Source of the DNA: an uncultured Acidobacteriota bacterium
GTDB taxonomy: Bacteria; Acidobacteriota; Vicinamibacteria; Vicinamibacterales; Fen-181
Direction: 5' to 3'
DNA length: 64,000 nucleotides
NCBI GenBank assembly: GCA_963783255.1
Contig: CAWAMP010000014.1
Location: forward strand, 135,692 to 199,691
Below, piece after piece: positions 1 through 7,240 of this stretch (positions are counted from its first letter, which is position 1; every line of letters starts with the position of its first letter). The notes beneath the pieces were generated by a model. It worked only from the letters and a program-made list of their open reading frames with translations. It ran no database searches and was not told where the DNA came from. The translations under genes were made by a program, and so were the position numbers.

Positions 1-965
1 GCCATCCCGCGCCTCCAGTGCCAGCGGCCTTCCTCGCCCGGCATCAGCGGCCGCGTCTCCTGCTTCAGTCGGGCGATTCCCTCATCGAGGCGCGCCTCGG
101 CCTCGGCCGCCTGCCGATTGCGGAGGAGGGCGCACGCCTCCTCCAGCAGAAGCAGACGATTGCCGGGGTGGGTTCGTTCCATGTCGCGGATGACGACGGC
201 CGCATCCGCGTGGCGTCCCTCGCGCGTGTAGATGAGGACGAGGCGAAACTGAGCCTCCTCCTGGAGGTCGCCCGGACTTTCTGCGGCGGCTTCCAGCAGC
301 CGCAGGCCCTCCGCCCTGCCGCCCCTGAACCCGATGATGCCCGCGAGCAACTGAACGGTCTTGGGCATGGTCGACAGCATGTACCGATAGGTGCCGAGAA
401 CGAGGCCGACGTCTCTTCGGGTCGGGTCGAGCGTGTTGGCCAGCTTGGACTCGTAGAATGCGCGGCGCGCCTTTCTGCCGGGATCCCACGTCCTTCCTTC
501 GATCGACGACTCGAACCACACCGCCAGCCCGAGGGCCGAGCCGAGGTCGAAGTGGGGTCCCGCTTCGTTGTACCGGCGGGCGACCGCCTTCTCCGCCAGC
601 GCGATGGCGCGGTCGAGGTTCTGGTGAAAGGCTGCGGCGAGCGCCGGAGGCAGCGAGGGTATCGGACCGGCCTTCGCCGTTCCCATGTGGCCCTGGTAGT
701 CGTCCACGAGGAGCGTGCCGCGGAGGAAGAGCACGCGCTGCCAGGCGGCGGCGGCGGCGCCGCGCGGGGCCGCGGCGTCGTCCGGGTCGGCCGCGATCGC
801 CTGGCGGAACAGATCGTCGGCGCGGTCGTAGTCCAGGTTGTAGGTCGCCCGGTACGCCTCCCGCCGGAGGGCGTCGGACCGTTCGTTTGCGCCTGCGGTT
901 GCGCCCGGGGCGATGACGGCGGTCAGAGCGAGCGCCGTGAGCCGCGTCGCGCGCATGCTGGTCAT
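1..965 (-). CDS. secreted helical-repeat (TPR-like) hypothetical protein, 3' end cut by window edge
   Basis: Absent from the ORF track because it runs off the left edge. Reverse-strand ATG at 965..963 gives MTSMRATRLTALALTAVIAPGATAG (signal-peptide-like), then helical repeat sequence (DYDRADDLFRQAIAADPDD ... LLLLEEACALLRNRQAAEAEARLDEGI). The frame stays open to position 1. The first third of the + strand 678-aa ORF (18..989) is its antisense shadow. Confidence 0.55.
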   Translation of the reverse strand, partial: MTSMRATRLTALALTAVIAPGATAGANERSDALRREAYRATYNLDYDRADDLFRQAIAADPDDAAAPRGAAAAAWQRVLFLRGTLLVDDYQGHMGTAKAGPIPSLPPALAAAFHQNLDRAIALAEKAVARRYNEAGPHFDLGSALGLAVWFESSIEGRTWDPGRKARRAFYESKLANTLDPTRRDVGLVLGTYRYMLSTMPKTVQLLAGIIGFRGGRAEGLRLLEAAAESPGDLQEEAQFRLVLIYTREGRHADAAVVIRDMERTHPGNRLLLLEEACALLRNRQAAEAEARLDEGIARLKQETRPLMPGEEGRWHWRRGM

Positions 966-989
966 TCTCGCGTATTATCCTACCCCAGC

Positions 990-2054
990 ATGATTCGCCA
1001 TCTTCACACCATTGACGCGCACGCGGCCGGAGAGCCCCTCCGGATGATCCTCCGCGGGTTTCCCGAGCCAAGGGGCGAGACGATGCTCGACAAGCGGGCC
1101 TGGCTCAAGCGCCATGCGGACCACCTGCGCCGGGCGCTGATGCTCGAGCCGCGCGGGCACCAGGACATGTACGGCGCGCTGCTGACGCGCCCCGTCCGGC
1201 CCGACTCGGATGCCGGCGTGCTCTTCATGCACAACGAGGGCTACAGCACAATGTGCGGGCACGGCGTGGTGGCCATCGGCACGCTCGTGTTCGAGCGCGG
1301 GCTGCTTGCGACGCGCGAGCCGAACGTCGTGGTGCTCGACACGCCCGCCGGCCTGGTGCGCGCGCGGGCGAACCTCGCGCCGACGAGCGGCCGCGGCGAG
1401 GCCGCCGACGCCGAGCCGGGCGGCGACGGGGACGCGCCCGCATCGGTGTCCGCCACGCGCGTGGCGTCGGTCGGATTCGAGAATGTGCCGTCGTTCGTGC
1501 TCCATGCCGGCCTCAACGTGCGCGCGGCGAACCGGGACATTCGCGTCGATGTCGCGTTCGGCGGGGCGTTCTACGCGATCGTGGACGGGGAGGCGGTGGG
1601 CCTGCCGATCCACCCGTCGCGCCTGCAGGACCTGCGGCGCGTCGGAATGGAGATCAAGCACGCCGTCGAGGCGGCGCGCCAGGTCGTGCACCCGCTCGAC
1701 CCGGGTCTGAAAGGGATCTACGGGACGATCTTCACCGGCCCCGCGCACAAGGAAGGATCCGACCTGCGCAACGTCACCATCTTCGCGGACGCAGAGGTCG
1801 ACCGGTCGCCGTGCGGGACCGGCACCTGCGCGGTGATGGCGGTGCTCGACGGCATGAGCCTGCTGCCGGCCGGCCGGCCGTTCGTTCACGAGGGCATCGT
1901 GGACACGACGTTCCGCGGCCGCGTCCTCCGCCACACCACGGTCGCCGACTTCCCGGCGATCGTGCCCGAGCTGGAAGGGTCGGCCTGGATCACCGGCGAG
2001 CACCACTTCATGGTGGACGACGAGGATCCGCTGAAGGACGGGTTCCGGATCTGA
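990..2054 (+). CDS. proline racemase family protein (4-hydroxyproline 2-epimerase-like, Cys/Cys type)
   Basis: In-frame ATG at 990 gives MIRHLHTIDAHAAGEPLRMI, the canonical family N-terminus. Both catalytic Cys motifs are present (NEGYSTMCGHG and DRSPCGTGTCAVMA). Confidence 0.85.
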   Translation: MIRHLHTIDAHAAGEPLRMILRGFPEPRGETMLDKRAWLKRHADHLRRALMLEPRGHQDMYGALLTRPVRPDSDAGVLFMHNEGYSTMCGHGVVAIGTLVFERGLLATREPNVVVLDTPAGLVRARANLAPTSGRGEAADAEPGGDGDAPASVSATRVASVGFENVPSFVLHAGLNVRAANRDIRVDVAFGGAFYAIVDGEAVGLPIHPSRLQDLRRVGMEIKHAVEAARQVVHPLDPGLKGIYGTIFTGPAHKEGSDLRNVTIFADAEVDRSPCGTGTCAVMAVLDGMSLLPAGRPFVHEGIVDTTFRGRVLRHTTVADFPAIVPELEGSAWITGEHHFMVDDEDPLKDGFRI

Positions 2055-3894
2055 ACCACAAGGCCACAACGACCACAAAGAAGAACCGGATCACGCAAGT
2101 CGGCGTGACGGCTGGTCTCGCTTCGACCGGGGGCGCCCCGACCTTGTCGGGGCGCGGGCGGCTGCGCGATGCGCGGCATGCACGAACCCGGCGCGTGTCG
2201 GAGCGGGCTCGTGCGCGCGGCGCACCGCGCAGCGCAACGGGCCGTAGGCCCGCACCGGGTCGAAGCCGCGCCGAGAACCTCTGTGCCCTTTGTGTTCTTA
2301 GTGGTTGCCCCTGGGATTCAGTCGTCAGTATCCGATTGCCAGCCCGTCCTTGCGCGGGTCGGAGCCGCCCATCAGCACGCCAGAGTCGGCGTCGATCTCG
2401 AATCCCCTGGAAGCCGCCGAAGACGCCGGACGATTCGATGACGCGATGGCCCCACGCGGTCAGGCCGGCGCGCGCCTCGTCGGGAATCCCCGATTCGACG
2501 GCGACGCCCTCCGGGGCATGCCGGATGCGCGCGGCGTCGCCCGCCTGCTGGATCGTCATCCCGAAGTCGATCAGGTTCATCAGCACCTGCACGTGGCCCT
2601 GCGGCTGAAGATCGCCGCCCATCACGCCGAACGACAGCCAGAGCCTGCCGTCGCGGAGCACCATCGCCGGAATCAGCGTGTGGAGCGGACGCTTGCCGGG
2701 GCCAAGCGCGTTCGGGTGCCGGGGATCGAGGACGAAGAGGCTGCCGCGGCTGTGCAGCAGGATTCCGGTGCCGGGCGGGACGACAGCCGAGCCGAACGGC
2801 TCGAAGAGCGACTGGATCAACGAAACGGCCGTCCCGGCGCCGTCCACGGCAGTCAGGTAGACCGTGTCGCCGGCGCCGGCCGGCGGCCGGACCCGGGGGG
2901 CGGCTTCCGCGCGTTCCGCCGCGCGCGACATGTCGATCGACCGGCGGCGCTCCGCAGCGTAGTCCTTGGAGATCAGTGTCGCGAGAAGGCCGGGATCGAC
3001 GTGACGGGGATCGGCGAGGTGCGCGTCGCGGTCCGCGAACGCCAGCCGCTTCGCCTCGACGATCAGGTGCAGGCAGGCGGCGCTGTTGTGCCCCAGGGCG
3101 CCCATGTCGTATCCCTCGAGGATGTTGAGCATCTCCAGGACGACGAATCCCTGAGTGTTCGGTGGGAGCTCGAACACGTCGCAGCCGCGATACGACGAGT
3201 GGATGGGCTCGACCCAGTCGGCGCGACACGCCGCGAAGTCCTCCTCGTCGATCAGTCCGCCCCGTGACCCGAGGTGGCTGCAGACGGCGCGGGCGATCGG
3301 GCCGCGGTAGAAGGCGTCGCGGCCGCCCGCCGCGATGGTCTCCAGCGAGTGCGCAAGGCGAGGGTTGCGAAAGACGTCGCCCGCTCGCGGGGCTCGGCCT
3401 CCTGGCAGGTACACCGAGGCAGCCTCGGGCTCTTGGGCCAGCACCGGCGCGACGTCCTGCCACTGGCCCGCCGCGACCTCGCAGACCGGGAAGCCGTCTC
3501 TCGCATAGCCGATGGCGGGCCCGAGCGCGTCGGCGAGCGTGATCGTGCCGTGGCGCGCCAGCAGCTCAGACCACCCGTCGACGGCGCCCGGCACCGTCAC
3601 CGACAAGGGGCCGCGGGACGGCACGCGCGACTGGCCGGCCCGAATCAGGCCGTCGCAGGTGGCGGCCCGTCCTGTCCGGCCGCTCGCGTTCAGGCCGTGC
3701 AGGCGTCCCGTCCGGCCGTCGTGCACGATCGCGAACAGGTCGCCGCCGATGCCGGTCATCGCGGGTTCGACGACCGAGAGCACGGCGGCCGCTGTCACCG
3801 CCGCGTCCACCGCGTTGCCGCCGCGGCGGAGAACGTCGAGGCCGGCCGACGAGGCCAGCGGCTGGCTCGTCGCGATCATCCCGCGGCGGCCCAT
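2008..3894 (-). CDS. ggt: gamma-glutamyltransferase family protein with an apparent 1-nt frameshift near 2400 (restored stop at 2327..2325)
   Basis: MGRRGMIATSQPLASSAGLDVLRRGGNAVDAAVTAAAVLSVVEPAMTGIGGDLFAI is typical GGT. After ...SSGVFGGFQGI the sequenced frame turns Arg-rich and reads across the repeat element to 2008. The +1 frame instead reads EIDADSGVLMGGSDPRKDGLAIGY-stop, the canonical GGT C-terminus. Start taken at the ATG at 3894; the track ORF extends to 4032. Confidence 0.8.
   Translation of the reverse strand: MGRRGMIATSQPLASSAGLDVLRRGGNAVDAAVTAAAVLSVVEPAMTGIGGDLFAIVHDGRTGRLHGLNASGRTGRAATCDGLIRAGQSRVPSRGPLSVTVPGAVDGWSELLARHGTITLADALGPAIGYARDGFPVCEVAAGQWQDVAPVLAQEPEAASVYLPGGRAPRAGDVFRNPRLAHSLETIAAGGRDAFYRGPIARAVCSHLGSRGGLIDEEDFAACRADWVEPIHSSYRGCDVFELPPNTQGFVVLEMLNILEGYDMGALGHNSAACLHLIVEAKRLAFADRDAHLADPRHVDPGLLATLISKDYAAERRRSIDMSRAAERAEAAPRVRPPAGAGDTVYLTAVDGAGTAVSLIQSLFEPFGSAVVPPGTGILLHSRGSLFVLDPRHPNALGPGKRPLHTLIPAMVLRDGRLWLSFGVMGGDLQPQGHVQVLMNLIDFGMTIQQAGDAARIRHAPEGVAVESGIPDEARAGLTAWGHRVIESSGVFGGFQGIRDRRRLWRADGRLRPAQGRAGNRILTTESQGQPLRTQRAQRFSARLRPGAGLRPVALRGAPRARARSDTRRVRACRASRSRPRPDKVGAPPVEARPAVTPTCVIRFFFVVVVALWFRSGTRPSADPRRPP
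2055..2328. repeat. ~270-bp nested-palindrome intergenic element, copy 1 (copy 2 at 12086..12357)
   Basis: Shares colinear blocks with 12086..12357: gcttcgac, gccccgaccttgtcggggcg / gccccggcttcgccggggcg, tgcacgaaccc, gggctcgtgcgcgc, gtcgaagcc, ctttgtgccct, cagtcgt. Internal arms are mutually complementary (gcttcgacc / ggtcgaagc; gcacgaaccc / gggctcgtgc). Confidence 0.6.
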
Positions 3895-3960
3895 CGCGGC
3901 CGAGCGCGTTCCCCTGGCATTCCCGTATGGCCGGTCCCCCGGCGCAACCGGCCACGCAGT

Positions 3961-4090
3961 CTGGGGTCGGGTGTAATTAGAGAACGCGCTGGCAGACGAT
4001 GACGCTTCTGTAGGCACGGCTGGATATGGCACCCGATCTACATTTCTGTGATCGTAAACGGGGTCGTCGTCTAATTACACCCGACCCCAG
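3961..4090. repeat. 130-bp element bounded by perfect 21-bp inverted repeats (MITE-like or long hairpin)
   Basis: ctggggtcgggtgtaattaga at 3961..3981 is the exact reverse complement of tctaattacacccgaccccag at 4070..4090. An 88-nt lower-GC spacer lies between them. The element sits between the ATPase stop (4107) and the GGT start (3894). Confidence 0.6.
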
Positions 4091-4106
4091 TCGTGCGCGA
4101 AACGAG

Positions 4107-5333
4107 TCAGAGCGATCCGAACGGCAAGGCCGTCACTCCGTGTCCAAGCGGGACCGCGACATCGCCGGTGTGTACGACGTAGCCTGGCCCGACCCGATCC
4201 CCGAGGTCGCGGCGCAGCGCCTGTATTCCCGCAGCCATGCCTGGCCGCGGCGTCGACGAGGCCTTGACCTCAACCGGAATCAGCGCAGAGGGGGTCTCGA
4301 CGAGGAAGTCGACCTCGGACCCCGTCGACGTCCTCCAGAAGTGGATCCGGGCTTCGCGCCCTTGCCCGAGCTGGTCCTTCACGAGTTCTCCGAGCACCGC
4401 CGTTTCAACGACAGCGCCAGCCATCGGTCCGGCGGCCGCCTGGGCCGCATCCCCGAGCGACATCAGATAGCACAGCAGGCCGGTGTCCGTGAAGTAGACC
4501 TTGGGCGTCTTCACGAGTCGCTTGCCCACGTTCGCGAAGTAGGGACGCACGACGACCACCTGGTAGGTCGCCTCGAGCACGCTCAGCCAAGCCTTGGCGG
4601 TGTTGAGGGCCACGCCGAGGTCGCGGGAGATGTCGGCGAGGTTGAGCAATTGACCGCTGCGGGCCGCGAGCAGGCGCAGGAACGACTGAAACAGCGACAG
4701 GTTGCCGATCTGTCGCAGGCTGCGGACGTCGCGCTCGAGGTATGTCTGCACGTAGCTTGCGTGCCACACCCGCGCGTCTCTCGCTCGCTCGACGACGAGC
4801 TCGGGGTAGGTCCCGCGAACGAAGGACCGCCACAGACCGAGTCCATGACGGGCCGACGATGCCGCCCACCGCGGGCGGGCCTGCCAGATCGGGCTTGGCC
4901 CCCGTCGCTCTCCGGCCTCGCGATACGACAGCGGCAGCAGGCGGAAGATCCCCGCTCGTCCGGCCAGCGACTCCGACACGTGCTGGGCGATCGACAGGTT
5001 CTGCGAACCTGTCAGAACGTAGGCTCCGCGCATCTGGCGACGCTCGTCGATTCGCTCCTTGATGAAGGACAGCAACTCCGGGGCGTGCTGCACCTCGTCG
5101 AGGACGAGCGGAGCGGGGTACAGATCGAGGAACCCACGCGGATCGGAGAGTGCGGCCGCCCGAACGTCCGGCGGGTCGAGCGAGACGTAGGCGTGGGAGT
5201 GCCCGAACAGGTGTTTCAGCAGGGTGGTCTTGCCTGACTGGCGCGGCCCGGTCACGACGACGGCCGGGAACTCGCGGACGGCGCGGCGGAGGGTCCGTTC
5301 GAGGGCCCGCGGGAGGTAGCGCCTGCGGGGCAT
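4107..5333 (-). CDS. AAA-family ATPase of the AAA_14 + DUF4143 type
   Basis: Walker A VVTGPRQSGKTTLLKH. The overall pattern (YLPRALERTL ... LVLDEVQHAPELLSFIKERIDE ... KVYFTDTGLLCYL ... EVDFLVE) is typical of the widespread DUF4143 ATP-binding proteins. Confidence 0.8.
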   Translation of the reverse strand: MPRRRYLPRALERTLRRAVREFPAVVVTGPRQSGKTTLLKHLFGHSHAYVSLDPPDVRAAALSDPRGFLDLYPAPLVLDEVQHAPELLSFIKERIDERRQMRGAYVLTGSQNLSIAQHVSESLAGRAGIFRLLPLSYREAGERRGPSPIWQARPRWAASSARHGLGLWRSFVRGTYPELVVERARDARVWHASYVQTYLERDVRSLRQIGNLSLFQSFLRLLAARSGQLLNLADISRDLGVALNTAKAWLSVLEATYQVVVVRPYFANVGKRLVKTPKVYFTDTGLLCYLMSLGDAAQAAAGPMAGAVVETAVLGELVKDQLGQGREARIHFWRTSTGSEVDFLVETPSALIPVEVKASSTPRPGMAAGIQALRRDLGDRVGPGYVVHTGDVAVPLGHGVTALPFGSL

Positions 5334-5336
5334 ACG

Positions 5337-5367
5337 TGCAATTATGCATTTCTAATGCATATTTGCA
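5337..5367. promoter_or_regulatory. AT-rich 31-nt near-perfect palindrome abutting the ATPase start codon (candidate operator)
   Basis: tgcaattatgcatt-tct-aatgcatatttgca has 14-nt arms with one mismatch. It lies 3 nt upstream of the ATG (5333..5331) on the gene strand and is strongly AT-rich in a GC-rich genome. Confidence 0.35.
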
Positions 5368-5436
5368 AGGTCCGTTTCCCCCTCGTTCTCCGTTCCGACG
5401 CGCCTCACCCCGAACGTCCTCGCTGCCCTCGTCAAC

Positions 5437-7053
5437 TCAACGGCTCGAATCCCGCGGGAACAGGACACCTGGCGCCAGCTTCCAGTCCGGGTCCAGCGCG
5501 GCCTTGACCGCCCGCATCTCCTCGATCCCGGGGTCCCCGTAGAGCTGCCTGAGCAGCGCCTGCTTCACGGCACTGCGACCGACGCCGTGCTCCGACAGGG
5601 GCGACCCGCCGCGCGCGATCACCTCGCGCCCGAATTCGAGAATGGCCTCCTGGCCGCTCTTCACGTCCGACAGCGAGCGTGGAATCACGTTCGGATGCAC
5701 GTTGCCGTCCGAGACGTGGCCCCAGATGGCGTACGGCAACCCGCGCCGCTCGAAACCGTCCCTGTACACCCGCATCATGTCGCCGAAACGCCCGAACGGG
5801 ACAATCATGTCTCCCGCCGTCTTCTGGATCCCTGGATCCACCCGCTCTTTGGCGACGCCGACGCGATGTTTCACCGCCTCCGGCGCCGATTCGCGGAAGT
5901 CGAAGAACTGCTGCGCGCGGGCGCGGTCGCCCGGCACCGCGACGTCCACCCGGTCGAGCGCGCCTGCCTTGTCGAGCAGGCGGCAGAACAGTCCGAGCGG
6001 CGTCACGTCGCCGCCCGGTTCGAGCGCAGCGGCAACCTGCTCGTAGGCTGCTTCGCCCGTGGTCCCCGGCGCCAGATCCAGCTGTATGATCAGCGCGATC
6101 TCGGTGTCGGTCGGAAACGAAATGCCCTGCTTCGCGTCGGCGCCGTCGCCGTGCAGCATCTCGAGGCAGCGCCCGTCGAGCATCTCGATGGCCGAGACGT
6201 CGAGTCCTCCGGGGTCGCGCTCGCGCCAGGTCCGCCTCGACCGCTCGCGCAGGTCGGCGACGACCTCGAGCGCTGCGGCCTCGCTTGCGAACGGCACGAG
6301 CGCCAGGCACGTCGCAGGCGCCGGCGCGACGATGCCGAGCGTGGCTTCGACGATGACGCCGAGCGTGCCTTCCGAGCCGATGAAGAGATCGATGAGGTCC
6401 ATGCCCGGCTCGGCGTGGTAGCCGGCGGACCGCTTCGGCACCTCCGGCATCCGGTACGTCGGCACCGGCACGCGCACGACGCCCGCGGCCGTCTCGACCT
6501 CGAAATAGCCATCGGCGTGTGCCCGCACCTCCCCCCGCACGATATCCAGCACCTCGCCGGACGCGAGGACCACCGTGAGTGCGCGCACCCAGTCGCGGGT
6601 GCTGCCGTACTTGAACGTGGCGGCGCCCGACGCGTTGGTCGCGATCGTCCCGCCGACGAACGCGCCGTCGTAGGTGGGGGCCGGCGGGTAGTAGCGTCCC
6701 TGGGCCGCGAGCGCCTCCTTCAGCGTCACGACCGGCAGGCCCGGCTGCACGCGGGCGAAGCTGTCGGCAGCCTCGAGAATCGACGCCATCCTCGCCGTGC
6801 TGAGCACGACCTCTCCACGCGGCGTCGCCCCGCCGGTGACAGAGGACTGCGCGCCGATGACGAGGACCGACCGGTGCGCGCGCAGCACGGCCGCGACATC
6901 CGCCTCACTTCGGGGAAAGACCACGCCGGCGGCGTGGCCGCCGGGATAGTGCGCCGCATCCTCGACGTAGGACTGCAGGGTCGACGGATCGGTATCCACG
7001 ACCGGGTTGGTCAGAGCCCCGCGCGGGGGACGAGTCGCAATTCGGCAGGACAT
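5437..7053 (-). CDS. FAD-binding (PCMH-type) oxidase, GlcD / D-lactate dehydrogenase-like
   Basis: 538-aa ORF. N-terminal FAD-binding pattern (VVFPRSEADVAAVLRAHRSVLVIGAQSSVTGGATPRGEVVLS) and C-terminal FAD-oxidase-C-like region (HVSDGNVHPNV ... GGSPLSEHGVG). Confidence 0.8.
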   Translation of the reverse strand: MSCRIATRPPRGALTNPVVDTDPSTLQSYVEDAAHYPGGHAAGVVFPRSEADVAAVLRAHRSVLVIGAQSSVTGGATPRGEVVLSTARMASILEAADSFARVQPGLPVVTLKEALAAQGRYYPPAPTYDGAFVGGTIATNASGAATFKYGSTRDWVRALTVVLASGEVLDIVRGEVRAHADGYFEVETAAGVVRVPVPTYRMPEVPKRSAGYHAEPGMDLIDLFIGSEGTLGVIVEATLGIVAPAPATCLALVPFASEAAALEVVADLRERSRRTWRERDPGGLDVSAIEMLDGRCLEMLHGDGADAKQGISFPTDTEIALIIQLDLAPGTTGEAAYEQVAAALEPGGDVTPLGLFCRLLDKAGALDRVDVAVPGDRARAQQFFDFRESAPEAVKHRVGVAKERVDPGIQKTAGDMIVPFGRFGDMMRVYRDGFERRGLPYAIWGHVSDGNVHPNVIPRSLSDVKSGQEAILEFGREVIARGGSPLSEHGVGRSAVKQALLRQLYGDPGIEEMRAVKAALDPDWKLAPGVLFPRDSSR

Positions 7054-7240
7054 AGTCGGGACTTACGAACGTCAATCCGGTCACGCCGACAACAGCATAC
7101 CGCCGGAACCAGGCCGACAGGCCTTCAACGTGAGACGGCAGCAGGCGGACGCCGCCCTGACTGTTGTCGCTCGTCAATCGGAGCGAACGCCCTCCCGAGA
7201 GATCAAGGCGGGTATTCCGCGGCGCCGCGAGCAACCGGAC

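Noticed and set aside
18-989. N-terminal 324 codons of the 678-aa + strand ORF as part of the proline-racemase-like gene.
   Set aside because: The family N-terminus (MIRHLHTIDAHAAGEP) begins at 990. The upstream part is antisense to a reverse-strand gene that has a signal peptide and helical repeats.
82-1071. Long Arg/Pro/Gly-rich ORFs on the opposite strand or in alternative frames of real genes. Examples: 82..1071, 975..2078, 10363..12429, 12549..14435, 31700..33571, 37396..39567, 50361..52901, 53682..55802, 57456..59435.
   Set aside because: These are typical high-GC shadow ORFs. They have extreme Arg/Gly/Pro/Ala composition and no recognisable motifs. Each fully overlaps a gene with clear family signatures.
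2391-2410. tRNA-like T-arm strings (tcgaatcc at about 2398..2405, and ttcggaatcc at about 30992..31001).
   Set aside because: No surrounding cloverleaf, acceptor stem or anticodon arm could be drawn. One lies inside the GGT gene and the other inside the octamer array.
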